From Eubacteriales bacterium (GTDB taxonomy: Bacteria; Bacillota; Clostridia; Oscillospirales; CAG-272), in NCBI GenBank assembly GCA_045633665.1, contig JAZQYT010000259.1, positions 1 through 35,152 of the forward strand: 35,152 nucleotides of DNA, in the 5' to 3' direction. The notes under the pieces are model-generated. The model did not search any database. It was not told the DNA's origin and saw nothing but the letters and a program-made list of their open reading frames with translations. How positions within the stretch are numbered: the first letter of the stretch is position 1; each line of letters opens with the position of its first letter. A program made the translations under genes and the position numbers. Below are positions 10,351 to 19,392 of the stretch, piece after piece.

Positions 10351-11256
10351 ATGCTTTTTACAAAAAACAAATACACCAAGCAAGAAGCACACGCTTTTAT
10401 TGCGGAATGTGAGAAGAGTTTTGATGCCAAGGTAGACGACGCTGTTTCTGTCATTTTAAAAAAGAATACAAGGTTCGTCTGCTTGAGTGGCCCGAGCTGT
10501 GCAGGCAAAACGACCACTGCCAAAAAGATCGTGGAAAAGCTTGCAGATCACAATCTTAAAGCACATCTTGTGTCGCTGGATGACTTCTTCCATGATATGG
10601 ATTACCTTGTAAAAATGGCACAGGATAAGGGCGGTGCATTGGACATGGATTCTGCTGATGCTATAGACCTGACCGCTTTTGCCGTATGCCTTGATGAAAT
10701 CGTAAATAAGTCGCACACAAGGATTCCTGTGTTTGATTTTCATACGCACGCAAGAAGTGGTTTTGTTGATTTTTCATGTGGTAAGAACGATCTGATCATA
10801 TTTGAGGGCATACAAGCGATATATCCCGAAATCACCTCGTTGGTTGCACCTTACGGGATGACAAGTATTTTCGTCTGTCCGGACCAAGCAATTACTGTTG
10901 GAGAATCGGTGTTTGATCCCAATATTTTCAGATTTTACAGAAGGATCGTACGCGATGCACAATATCGCTCTGCAAATGCGCAAAGAACGCTTGAGGTATG
11001 GCGCGGTGTTCGCAGCAATGAAGACGCGCATATCTTCCCGTATCGCGATCGGTGCGACATTGTTGTAGATTCCACCATGCAGTACGATCTGCACTTGCTG
11101 ACGCCTTATCTGCGCCAGCTTCTGCCACGGGTCGAAGAGGGCAGTCGATACTATCTGCGTGCTTTGGATATTCTCAATCGTATTTCCAATATTGAACCTA
11201 TCGCGGCACAATATTTGCCGGATGATTCCATGTATCGCGAATTTATCAAGTTCTGA
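10351..11256 (+). CDS. Uridine/nucleoside kinase family protein
   Basis: Walker A GPSCAGKTT, SLDDFF, IIFEGI, RRIVRD, IFPY. Confidence 0.85.
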   Translation: MLFTKNKYTKQEAHAFIAECEKSFDAKVDDAVSVILKKNTRFVCLSGPSCAGKTTTAKKIVEKLADHNLKAHLVSLDDFFHDMDYLVKMAQDKGGALDMDSADAIDLTAFAVCLDEIVNKSHTRIPVFDFHTHARSGFVDFSCGKNDLIIFEGIQAIYPEITSLVAPYGMTSIFVCPDQAITVGESVFDPNIFRFYRRIVRDAQYRSANAQRTLEVWRGVRSNEDAHIFPYRDRCDIVVDSTMQYDLHLLTPYLRQLLPRVEEGSRYYLRALDILNRISNIEPIAAQYLPDDSMYREFIKF

Positions 11257-11280
11257 ATGATATAGCGCCCTTCATACAAT
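11251..11280 (+). promoter_or_regulatory. Putative sigmaE (sporulation) promoter
   Basis: -10 CATACAAT (11273-11280) matches sigmaE CATACAnT; weak -35 TTCTGAA (11251-11257). Confidence 0.45.
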
Positions 11281-11304
11281 AGGTATGAGAGGCGGTGATC
11301 ATGA

Positions 11305-12849
11305 ATGAAAAACAAAAGGGAAGAGTCTTTTACTGCAGGGGTCGTACTGCTGACGCTGTCTGCGATGATTGTCAAATTGATCGGTGTTTGCTATAAAATC
11401 CCTCTTGTGAACTTATTGGGCGCGCAGGGAATGGGGTACTTTAATGCGGCTTATGACGTATATGCGCTGCTGTGCGTCATATCCACTACAGGGTTGCCGG
11501 TTGCTGTTTCCATTCTCATGAGCAAGCACGAAAATGCGCACCGCCGCATTTTTCAGTTATCCCTGATCGTTTTTGTACTTGTGGGGATTTTTGGGAGTGC
11601 CGTCGTGTTTTTCATGGCGGATCATGTAGCTGCTTGGATCAAAGCTCCCTTTTCCGCACAAAGCCTGCGTTTTATAGCACCTGCTGTGTTATTTGTTTGC
11701 TTATCGGGTGCATTTCGAGGATACTATCAAGGAAAACGCAATATGCTGCCAACCGCTATTTCACAAGTCATTGAAGCAGCGGGCAAACTATTGTTTGGAC
11801 TTGTGTTTGCTTACGCTGCCATACAGTATAAGCAAAACGCTGCAACGGCAGCTGCTTTTGCCGTTCTGGGCTTGAGCGTTGGCACGCTGCTGTGTTTGCT
11901 GTACTTGCTGCTTTGTAATAAACAATACAAGGCTCGGCAAGATGAAAAAGAGATTGCAACAAAGCAACTTCTTGCACAGCTGTTTGCTGTTGCATTTCCG
12001 GTAACGATAGGTGCTGTTTTATCGGGACTTTCCAAAATGATCGATCTTGCTTTGATCATGCGCAGATTGCAGGATGCAGGCATGGCGCAAGAAACCGCCG
12101 TTGCTCTTTACGGTTGCTATACATCGATGGTCATTCCGCTATACAGCGCAGTTCCGGCACTCTTTGGCGCGCTCTCTATGCCGCTGGTCTCGCATTTGAG
12201 TCATGCAATCAATCAAAAGAATCAAGCGGAGCAAACTCAAATACTGGATACGACGTTCTCTCTGAGCGCTGTGATCGCAATACCATCTGCTCTCGGAATG
12301 GGTATGCTTTCCGATCAGATCCTGCGGCTGTTATTTCAAAATGCGCCCGAACTCAAGGTTGCTGTCCCTCTATTGATCGCTATGAGCGCTGCAATACCCG
12401 CAAGCTGCTTGATAACTGCTACAAATGCGATCTTACAAGCATACGGGCATCCGTGGATTCCGATGATCTCAACAGCCATAGGCTGCACCATTAAAGCTAT
12501 CATTCTTTACAGCGTGACCGTGATGCCGCAGATCGGTATCATGGCTGCTCCGATCAGCACCTTGGTCTGCTGCATGATGATCGTATTGATCAACTTCATT
12601 TATATTATAAAATGTACGCCAAGCTTCAGCTTTGCCAAGCCGTGGACGTATGCTTGCGCGATATCACTCGTATCGATCGGCATTGCTGCGGTAATCAAAC
12701 GTATGACCGTGGAAAAAATCGGCTCAGTAAGTCTTGTTGTGATACTTACCGTGGTTGTGGCTGTGATACTATATGCATTGCTTGCCATCAAGGCAGGCCT
12801 GCTGCAACAGATATTGCCCATAAAATCAAAAACAAAACAAAAGGATTGA
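11305..12849 (+). CDS. SpoVB/YabM-like MOP-superfamily flippase (polysaccharide biosynthesis protein)
   Basis: Many TM segments; KLIGVCYKIPL, GLPVAVS, FRGYYQG, PTAISQVIE motifs; yabM position upstream of mazG. Confidence 0.85.
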   Translation: MKNKREESFTAGVVLLTLSAMIVKLIGVCYKIPLVNLLGAQGMGYFNAAYDVYALLCVISTTGLPVAVSILMSKHENAHRRIFQLSLIVFVLVGIFGSAVVFFMADHVAAWIKAPFSAQSLRFIAPAVLFVCLSGAFRGYYQGKRNMLPTAISQVIEAAGKLLFGLVFAYAAIQYKQNAATAAAFAVLGLSVGTLLCLLYLLLCNKQYKARQDEKEIATKQLLAQLFAVAFPVTIGAVLSGLSKMIDLALIMRRLQDAGMAQETAVALYGCYTSMVIPLYSAVPALFGALSMPLVSHLSHAINQKNQAEQTQILDTTFSLSAVIAIPSALGMGMLSDQILRLLFQNAPELKVAVPLLIAMSAAIPASCLITATNAILQAYGHPWIPMISTAIGCTIKAIILYSVTVMPQIGIMAAPISTLVCCMMIVLINFIYIIKCTPSFSFAKPWTYACAISLVSIGIAAVIKRMTVEKIGSVSLVVILTVVVAVILYALLAIKAGLLQQILPIKSKTKQKD

Positions 12850-12857
12850 AATTTATC

Positions 12858-13664
12858 ATGGATATTCAAGAAATGATCTCTAATTTGCTATCTAAAGACA
12901 CCTATACGTTTGATGATCTTGTTAACGTTGTGGTTGTACTCAGAAGTGAGCAAGGCTGTCCTTGGGACAAAGAGCAAACGCATCAAAGCATTCGCAACGA
13001 TTTCATTGAGGAACCTTACGAGGTAATTGAAGCGATCGACACGCAGGATCCCGTTTTGCTGCGTGAGGAGCTTGGTGACGTTCTGTTACAGGTCGTATTC
13101 CATGCACGTATTGAGGAGCAGGAGGGCAGATTCAATATCAACGACGTTGCAAACGATATTTGCGTCAAGCTGATCCATCGCCATCCTCATGTATTCGGTG
13201 ACGTATATGCAAAGGATTCTGAACAGGTGCTCAAGAATTGGGATGCTATCAAGAATGAAGAGAAGCAAAGAATCTCAGTAACCGATAAGTTGCGCGCCAT
13301 TCCTCCTATGTATCCTGCATTGCTCAGAGCGCAGAAGGTTGGCAAGAAGGCAGCTTGCTTTGATTTTTCAGGTGCAGAACAGGCTAAGGACAAGGTGCTT
13401 GAGGAAGTGGCAGAGGTCATGGCTGTTACCAATGATCCCGTGGAGGCCGAAAAGGAAATCGGAGATCTTTTGCTGGCTGTCGCCAGCCTTGCAAGAATGC
13501 TGGGTGTCAATGCAGAGGAGGCGCTGTTCCATGCAACAAATCGCTTTATTGACCGTTTTGAAGCAATCGAAAATGCAGTTGCTGCACAGGGACAGGATAT
13601 TACAAAGGTGGATCGTGACGAGCTGGAGCGTATCTGGGAGCAAAACAAATTAAAAAACAGATAA
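12858..13664 (+). CDS. mazG: Nucleoside triphosphate pyrophosphohydrolase MazG
   Basis: GCPWDKEQTH, EELGDVLLQVVFH, KLIHRHPHVF, second domain EIGDLL; start reassigned to ATG 12858 because the longer ORF overlaps the flippase. Confidence 0.93.
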   Translation: MDIQEMISNLLSKDTYTFDDLVNVVVVLRSEQGCPWDKEQTHQSIRNDFIEEPYEVIEAIDTQDPVLLREELGDVLLQVVFHARIEEQEGRFNINDVANDICVKLIHRHPHVFGDVYAKDSEQVLKNWDAIKNEEKQRISVTDKLRAIPPMYPALLRAQKVGKKAACFDFSGAEQAKDKVLEEVAEVMAVTNDPVEAEKEIGDLLLAVASLARMLGVNAEEALFHATNRFIDRFEAIENAVAAQGQDITKVDRDELERIWEQNKLKNR

Positions 13665-13701
13665 GATGTAAAAATTGTTGCGTACAATTTATCAAAAGTT
13701 C

Positions 13702-13730
13702 TTGAAATATATACCAATTTATGATATAAT
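13702..13730 (+). promoter_or_regulatory. sigmaA promoter of hup
   Basis: TTGAAA (13702-13707), 17 bp, TATAAT (13725-13730) with extended TG. Confidence 0.75.
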
Positions 13731-13766
13731 AACACAGTAAACAAACAATTAGAAAGGAAATAAAAA

Positions 13767-14039
13767 ATGAACAAGACTCAACTGATTCAAAAGATTGCCG
13801 AGAACGGCAACATGACCAAAAAGGATGCAGAGATCGCTCTGAAGGCAGTCATTGACGCTATTTCCGATTCCGTAGTTTCCGGCGAAAAGGTACAGGTAGC
13901 AGGCTTTGGCAGCTTTGATGTGAAGGCTCGCGATGCGAGAATGGGCAGAAACCCCAAGACCGGTGAGGCTGTTGAAATTGCAGCTTCCAAGAGAATCGTA
14001 TTCACAGCTGCTCAGTCTTTGAAGGATAAGATCAACTGA
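13767..14039 (+). CDS. hup: DNA-binding protein HU
   Basis: MNKTQLI...GFGSF...RMGRNPKTGE signature; 90 aa. Confidence 0.97.
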   Translation: MNKTQLIQKIAENGNMTKKDAEIALKAVIDAISDSVVSGEKVQVAGFGSFDVKARDARMGRNPKTGEAVEIAASKRIVFTAAQSLKDKIN

Positions 14040-14042
14040 TTT

Positions 14043-14285
14043 ATGCGACTGGATAAATTCCTGAAGGTTTCCCGTATCATCAAAAGGCGCACGGTTGCCA
14101 ACGAGGCTTGCGATGCAGCGCATATTTCTGTCAACGGAAGACAGGCAAAGGCGTCTTATGATGTGAAAGTGGGAGATATTATTGAAGTCACGTTTGGGCA
14201 GCGCACGCTCAAGGTTCGTGTTCTCGACGTCAGAGAATATACCGCAAAAGCTGATGCCGCCTCTCTTTATGAAGTGATATCATAA
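14043..14285 (+). CDS. yabO: S4-domain RNA-binding protein YabO/RqcP
   Basis: MRLDKFLKVSRIIKRRTVANEACD signature; 80 aa; conserved position before yabP. Confidence 0.93.
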   Translation: MRLDKFLKVSRIIKRRTVANEACDAAHISVNGRQAKASYDVKVGDIIEVTFGQRTLKVRVLDVREYTAKADAASLYEVIS

Positions 14286-14308
14286 TTTTAGGAAAATCCG
14301 CATATATT
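14280..14308 (+). promoter_or_regulatory. Putative sigmaE promoter of yabPQ
   Basis: TCATAAT (14280-14286), 14 bp, CATATATT (14301-14308); yabPQ is sigmaE-controlled in B. subtilis. Confidence 0.65.
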
Positions 14309-14339
14309 TGTACTGACAGTAGTCAATACTGTCAGTACA
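14309..14339. repeat. Perfect 13-bp inverted repeat upstream of yabP
   Basis: TGTACTGACAGTA-GTCAA-TACTGTCAGTACA; no U tract. Confidence 0.85.
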
Positions 14340-14356
14340 GTATAGCGGAGGCAAGC

Positions 14357-14629
14357 ATGGAGTCTGTATTGGGTAAGCATTCGATCTCGTTGAAGGATCG
14401 AAAAGATATGCGCATTGACGGTGTGACCGAGGTGATCTGCTTTGATGATCTGTCGGTAATGCTCAAAACACAGTGCGGGGATATGACAATCGAAGGAAAA
14501 GACCTGAAAATCGCAGTCTTAGAGATTGACGCCGGGATCGTAGTGCTGTCTGGTACCGTTTCCGGTGTTTACTATTACGAGCCACAAACAAAAGAAAAAC
14601 GCAGTCTTGTCAAAAAGCTGTTTCATTGA
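14357..14629 (+). CDS. yabP: Sporulation protein YabP
   Basis: HSISLKDRK...GVTEVICFDD...T.CG.MTIEG.DLKI...G.V.G.YY pattern; 90 aa; GGAGG RBS. Confidence 0.9.
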   Translation: MESVLGKHSISLKDRKDMRIDGVTEVICFDDLSVMLKTQCGDMTIEGKDLKIAVLEIDAGIVVLSGTVSGVYYYEPQTKEKRSLVKKLFH

Positions 14630-14636
14630 TTGAGAT

Positions 14637-15152
14637 ATGGAGCTTTCGCAAACTGCGCTGTCGGTATTACTGTTGTGCGGATTTCCGTTAGGGGTTTTGA
14701 GTAACGTTGCATACAGAATGACTGACCTTGGACTACAAAAAGACAGAGTATTACATCATATTCTGATCAACGTCAAGGATTTTATATTTTTGATCCTTGC
14801 AGCAATTACAACTGTATTGCTTATTTATTATGTGAACGATGGTGTGTATCGATATCACTCGATTGCAGGAATCTTGGCAGGATATGTCATCAGCGACCTT
14901 GCAATAGGTCGGATCGTCATAAGGATCAGAAACACAGTAATCGCAGCAATATTTCATATTTTGTCCGTACCATTTACTTGGATATGGCGCAAGACTTTTG
15001 GTATATTGCTTGCAAAAGCGGACAATAAAGCGCTGATCAAAAATACAGACGCGAATATTAATATCATGATGCAACTTGCATCAAACGGATTTGAAAATTG
15101 TACGGAGGCAAAAGCATGGAAGCGCATGAAAAACAACAGGATGCTGCAGTAG
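14637..15152 (+). CDS. yabQ: Spore cortex biosynthesis protein YabQ (divergent)
   Basis: Hydrophobic protein with DFIF and YYVNDGVYRY, located between yabP and divIC. Confidence 0.75.
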   Translation: MELSQTALSVLLLCGFPLGVLSNVAYRMTDLGLQKDRVLHHILINVKDFIFLILAAITTVLLIYYVNDGVYRYHSIAGILAGYVISDLAIGRIVIRIRNTVIAAIFHILSVPFTWIWRKTFGILLAKADNKALIKNTDANINIMMQLASNGFENCTEAKAWKRMKNNRMLQ

Positions 15153-15436
15153 AGAGCACAAAATCGGGTATGAAGATTTTGCTGCGCTGCGCGTTGATTG
15201 CAATTGTGGTCATTTCCTTGTGTACTTTTGTGTCCGGTGTTATGATATATAATGCCAATCAGGAAAGGATCAACGAGCTCAAGCAGCAGATTGCTGATAA
15301 ACAGGAGCAGGTAGATGAACTGAAATTTCTGATCGATTCTCCGATCGATTACGAATATATCGTGCGCATTGCCCGCGAAAAGCTTGGATTACATTTCCCG
15401 GATGAAACCATTTTTCATAAGGACACAAATGACTAA
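15116..15436 (+). CDS. divIC: Septum formation initiator DivIC/FtsB family
   Basis: TM + coiled coil + [16 protein letters not shown] motif; GGAGG before ATG 15116. Confidence 0.85.
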   Translation: MEAHEKQQDAAVESTKSGMKILLRCALIAIVVISLCTFVSGVMIYNANQERINELKQQIADKQEQVDELKFLIDSPIDYEYIVRIAREKLGLHFPDETIFHKDTND

Positions 15437-15450
15437 AGCAGGGGATTGAT

Positions 15451-15927
15451 ATGGCAGACAAAAAAACAGGGAACAAAATCATTGCCCAGAACAAAAAGGC
15501 ATGGCATGAATACTTTGTTGACGAACAGTATGAGGCAGGAATCGCTTTGTACGGTACCGAGGTCAAGAGCATTCGTGCGGGTGCGGTAAATCTCAAGGAT
15601 TCTTATTGTGATATCAAAGATGGAGAGATTTTCGTCAAGGGCATGCACATCAGCCCTTATGAGCAGGGAAATATCTTTAACAAGGATCCTCTGCGCGATA
15701 AGAAATTGCTGATGCATAAAAGAGAGATCATGAAGCTACATGGCCTTGTAGCACAAAAGGGATTTACACTGATCCCGCTGTCGCTGTATTTCAGCGGTTC
15801 ACACGTTAAGGTCGAGATAGGACTTTGCCGTGGTAAGAAGCTGTACGACAAGCGCGACGATGCCGCCAAGCGTGATGCTGACCGCGTCATCGAGCGCAGC
15901 ATGCGTGATCGGAATAAGGCTGAATAG
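15451..15927 (+). CDS. smpB: SsrA-binding protein SmpB
   Basis: [43 protein letters not shown]. Confidence 0.98.
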   Translation: MADKKTGNKIIAQNKKAWHEYFVDEQYEAGIALYGTEVKSIRAGAVNLKDSYCDIKDGEIFVKGMHISPYEQGNIFNKDPLRDKKLLMHKREIMKLHGLVAQKGFTLIPLSLYFSGSHVKVEIGLCRGKKLYDKRDDAAKRDADRVIERSMRDRNKAE

Positions 15928-15941
15928 AATAAGAATATAGG

Positions 15942-15973
15942 AACACCCGATGCAATTTTGCATCGGGTGTTTT
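15942..15973. terminator. Terminator between convergent smpB and GH78 gene
   Basis: AACACCCGATGCAA / TTGCATCGGGTGTT stem followed by T residues. Confidence 0.8.
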
Positions 15974-15977
15974 GTAT

Positions 15978-18503
15978 TTACATATTGAATTCGTACTTGC
16001 CGGGAGCAAAATCGATCACTACGCGATTGAGCTTTGCGCTGTATGCTGCCTGATTAAACTCAGAGAACTTGTGGCTAACACCGTTGAGTGTAAAGCTGTC
16101 GTTCTTGGTCAGAATAGGCAGATAAAGCCTTGTGGGAACGGGAACCTCGCAATAGTACTGGAAACCGTTCTCGGTCGACCAGTTGGATACGATAGTGCCG
16201 TGGTAGGAATCGTAGGAAGCCTTGATATACTTGATGTTTTCCTGTCCTTCGGGCAACTCTTCCGCACTTCTGGTATCGGGCTTAGGCTGCAGAATTGCAC
16301 GCTCGAATCCGGGAGCTGCAGGATCATATTCAATGCCTGCTGCGTGTCTGTACATCCATTCCTGGATTGCACCGTATGCATAATGGTTAAAGGAGTTCAT
16401 GCTGACGTTGCCAAAACCGGTTGCCAATGTGTAAGAATTCCATCTTTCCCAAATCGTTGTAGCACCCTGGTCAACAGAGTACAGCCAGGAGGGGTTCTCG
16501 CGCTGCAGCAAGAGGGAATATGCAAGGTCGTTTTCACCGATCTCAGCAAGAGTCTGTGCCAGAATACCGGTGCCAACAAAGCCGGTGGAAAGCTTGTGAC
16601 CGTTGTCTATGATCTTCTGTCGCAATGCGGCAATCGCAGCAGGTCTGTTCTTTTCTTCAAGCATCTGGAATTTCAGTGCCATCAGATAAGCGGTTTGCGT
16701 GCGATGTTGAGGCAACAGATCACCGTTTTCATCGCAGTAGAACTTCTGGAAACGGTTTTTGACTGCATTGAAGTAATTGCTGAAGCGTTTTACGTCACTG
16801 CTCTCGCCAAGCACTCTTGCGATCTGAATCATCAGACGTGCGTCAAACGCAGCATAGCAAACCGAAACCATCCAATGGTCGGAAGGCTCGTAAGCCAGCC
16901 AGTCGCCGTAAGCAGCGTGCTTATGAGGCGTTTCGATGTCGCGCGCTTCGAGCATATTCATGTGCTTCACCATAGAGTTGTAGTGATCGCGCAGCAGTTC
17001 AACGTCACCGTACATTTTCCACATGACGTAGGGAACAATGATGCCTGCATCGCCCCAAGCGGCACCGCCGCAGCCTACGACACGTGCAGCGGGGATAACG
17101 TCGGGGTAACCGCCCCATTCAGCCTGGCTGTCTCTTGCGTCCTGAAGCCACTTGTGGAAGAAGAGTCTGACGTCTGCGTTGTATGCAGCGGTATTACAGA
17201 ATATCTGCGTGTCACCAGTCCAACCAAGGCGCTCGTCGCGCTGCGGACAGTCGGTGGGAACGTACAAATAGTTGCCTCTCTGTCCCCAAATGATATTGGA
17301 GATCAACTGGTTGACAAGCGCGTTGGAGGTTTCCATCTTGCCTGTTTCTTTGGTGGCAGAGCCTACGACCTCTGCCGAAAAGGAGAGAATCTCAATGTCG
17401 TTATCAGCAACGATCTCAATGTAACGGAATCCGAAGAAGGAGAAAGTAGGTCTGTAGCTCTCACCCTCGGGCGCACCGCCCAAAATGTAATATGCCTTTG
17501 CACGGGCGCTTCTGTAGTTAACGGTGTACACAGCGCCCTTGGGGCCATCGTTCCCGCGAGCTTCGGAGCCGCTGTCATTCAGGAATTCGGCAGCGCGCAG
17601 CTGTACAGCGGTCTTTGCCTCTCCCTTGACTGTGATAACAGGCCAACCAACCATATTCTGACCAAGGTCATACGTCAAAGTCTGGCCTTTTTTCAGAGTT
17701 ACCGCTTCTTGGTTTTCAGCGGAATAAATGACGTTGATCTCACCGTGCTCGGTGCCGTTATCGGTCGTGCCTTCGTGTACGGTCAAGCTCAAAGGCTTTC
17801 TTGTAAGCTCCGGGCGAACCATAACGGTGGGGCCAATAAAGGGTGTGATCTCAATGTCCTGCTGTACGACGGTGGGATGATCCCAAGCAGATACGTCGTA
17901 ACCGGCAAGGGCCATTTCCTTATATGAAGGATATTTTGCATTATGAAGCTCACCGTCCCAGATGTCAGCAGCACGAACTCTGCCGCCCCACGTTGCGAGC
18001 CAATCTGCATCGGTATAGATTTCATTATCGTTGATCGTGATCTTTGCAAAGAACGCTTCGCTCTCACCCGCAAAAGCTCCGAAAGAAATGCGTCCGTTTC
18101 TCCAACCGGGGGCAACTGCAGCCAAGAGAACGTTTTCTCCGTCCACGAGATAAGGTGTCAGATCATAGGAGAAGTAAAGTGCTCTCTTACGGAATTCATA
18201 ATAACCTGGCTTGAGCTCGTCATATACTTCGTTTCCGTTTTCGTCAATGCGTCCTACGCGCTTGCCGTTGCAATACAAATCAAAAATTCCGAGAGCAGTA
18301 GCGTCTATACGAACGCTGTCAGTAGTATTTGCTGTAAAGCTCTTTCTGAAGAGCGCCAAACCGTGTCTGCTTTCAATAGGCTTGAATTGATCGGTCGTTA
18401 CGAGCTTATGCTCCCAAGGGTTGGAAATCTCTGTGTGTTCATTTGTGCCGGGGAAGGCGAAGGAGATCCACTTGGCCTTTCCGAAACTCATCATATCTTT
18501 CAT
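15978..18503 (-). CDS. Alpha-L-rhamnosidase, glycoside hydrolase family 78
   Basis: DLGQNMVGW, PTFSFFGFRY, PTDCPQRDERLGWTGD, STGFVGT, GATTIWERW, SMNSFNHYAYG; start at 18503 after GGAGG; no signal peptide. Confidence 0.93.
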   Translation of the reverse strand: MKDMMSFGKAKWISFAFPGTNEHTEISNPWEHKLVTTDQFKPIESRHGLALFRKSFTANTTDSVRIDATALGIFDLYCNGKRVGRIDENGNEVYDELKPGYYEFRKRALYFSYDLTPYLVDGENVLLAAVAPGWRNGRISFGAFAGESEAFFAKITINDNEIYTDADWLATWGGRVRAADIWDGELHNAKYPSYKEMALAGYDVSAWDHPTVVQQDIEITPFIGPTVMVRPELTRKPLSLTVHEGTTDNGTEHGEINVIYSAENQEAVTLKKGQTLTYDLGQNMVGWPVITVKGEAKTAVQLRAAEFLNDSGSEARGNDGPKGAVYTVNYRSARAKAYYILGGAPEGESYRPTFSFFGFRYIEIVADNDIEILSFSAEVVGSATKETGKMETSNALVNQLISNIIWGQRGNYLYVPTDCPQRDERLGWTGDTQIFCNTAAYNADVRLFFHKWLQDARDSQAEWGGYPDVIPAARVVGCGGAAWGDAGIIVPYVMWKMYGDVELLRDHYNSMVKHMNMLEARDIETPHKHAAYGDWLAYEPSDHWMVSVCYAAFDARLMIQIARVLGESSDVKRFSNYFNAVKNRFQKFYCDENGDLLPQHRTQTAYLMALKFQMLEEKNRPAAIAALRQKIIDNGHKLSTGFVGTGILAQTLAEIGENDLAYSLLLQRENPSWLYSVDQGATTIWERWNSYTLATGFGNVSMNSFNHYAYGAIQEWMYRHAAGIEYDPAAPGFERAILQPKPDTRSAEELPEGQENIKYIKASYDSYHGTIVSNWSTENGFQYYCEVPVPTRLYLPILTKNDSFTLNGVSHKFSEFNQAAYSAKLNRVVIDFAPGKYEFNM

Positions 18504-18535
18504 GCTTACCTCCGTATGATGTGGTTGTCGTAAAG

Positions 18536-18564
18536 AGTATACCATATATATTGTGTAATTGCAA
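18536..18564 (-). promoter_or_regulatory. sigmaA promoter of minus-strand GH78 gene
   Basis: Minus strand TTGCAA, 17 bp, TATACT with extended TG. Confidence 0.65.
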
Positions 18565-18587
18565 GCGTTTTTTATAAATAAACAAAT

Positions 18588-18622
18588 AAAAAAACAGACC
18601 GAATCCGACTTTCGGTCTGTTT
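18588..18622 (-). terminator. Rho-independent terminator of the LRR gene
   Basis: AAACAGACCGAA / TTCGGTCTGTTT stem; U tract on the minus strand. Confidence 0.8.
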
Positions 18623-18641
18623 AAGTTTCTACGATTTTTCT

Positions 18642-19304
18642 TTAGCTGGCTAAAGACTCGCACCCGTAGAATGCATCTTCGTGAACAATAGCACTGCCTA
18701 CGTCGATATGACGGAGATTTCGGCAGTAGGAGAAAGCGTAATAGCCGATCGACCTTGTTCTTCCGGACAGGGAAACACTGGTCAGCGAGATGCATGCGCC
18801 AAACATGTTATCAGGCAGAGAATTCAGAGATTCTGGGAGTATGACGGATTCTAACGATCTGCATCCTTCAAAAGCCGAATGGCCGACTTCTCTTGTCCCG
18901 AAGGGAAGAACCAACGTGCGCATCGAAGCGCAGAAAGCGAAAGCCTTCTCTCCGATGAAAATCAAGCTGTCACCAAGGTAAAGCTGGGTGAGCTTGTCGC
19001 AGCCGATAAAGCATCTTTCTCCGATGGTGTTGACACCGTGGTTTTCAAGCGTGATGGCATGGAGGTTGTGACACCATGCAAACGCGTAATCACCAATTAA
19101 TTTGACCGTAGGAGGAACCATGATCGATACAATATCGTGATCGTGAGAAAAAGCCATGTCTGCGATTTGTACAACTTTTCTGCCCATGTATTCTGCCGGG
19201 ACGACAATGCCGGTGTCTTGGCAATGTCCGATACCGGAAAGGGCGCATTCGTTCTCGTTCAGAATGGTAAACGAAAGACCTACCGAAGCCGCGTTGTTTT
19301 GCAT
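18642..19304 (-). CDS. BspA-type leucine-rich repeat (LRR_5) protein
   Basis: About seven 23-aa repeats of the type L..I.LP.....IG..AF..C..L; no signal peptide or anchor. Confidence 0.88.
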   Translation of the reverse strand: MQNNAASVGLSFTILNENECALSGIGHCQDTGIVVPAEYMGRKVVQIADMAFSHDHDIVSIMVPPTVKLIGDYAFAWCHNLHAITLENHGVNTIGERCFIGCDKLTQLYLGDSLIFIGEKAFAFCASMRTLVLPFGTREVGHSAFEGCRSLESVILPESLNSLPDNMFGACISLTSVSLSGRTRSIGYYAFSYCRNLRHIDVGSAIVHEDAFYGCESLAS

Positions 19305-19363
19305 GACTGTTCCTCACTTTCTTTGGAATTGATCAATGGATCTGATCTCCTGATCGTGTCTAT

Positions 19364-19392
19364 ATTCTATATTATTATTGGAAGTTTGTCAA
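19364..19392 (-). promoter_or_regulatory. sigmaA promoter of the LRR gene
   Basis: Minus strand TTGACA (19392-19387), 17 bp, TAGAAT (19369-19364). Confidence 0.6.

Noticed and set aside
12612-12857. N-terminal extension of the MazG ORF
   Set aside because: Overlaps the flippase in another frame and does not resemble the YabN methylase domain; ATG 12858 is more plausible.
15972-17927. 651-aa ORF antisense to the GH78 gene
   Set aside because: Exactly in codon register with the sense gene, so it stays open when TTA/CTA/TCA codons are rare; it starts inside a terminator, has no RBS and no recognisable motifs.
18642-19304. Repetitive pattern as possible CRISPR or DGR-like repeats
   Set aside because: Periodicity is at the protein level (LRR_5); no identical nucleotide repeats with spacers, and no cas or reverse transcriptase genes in the window.
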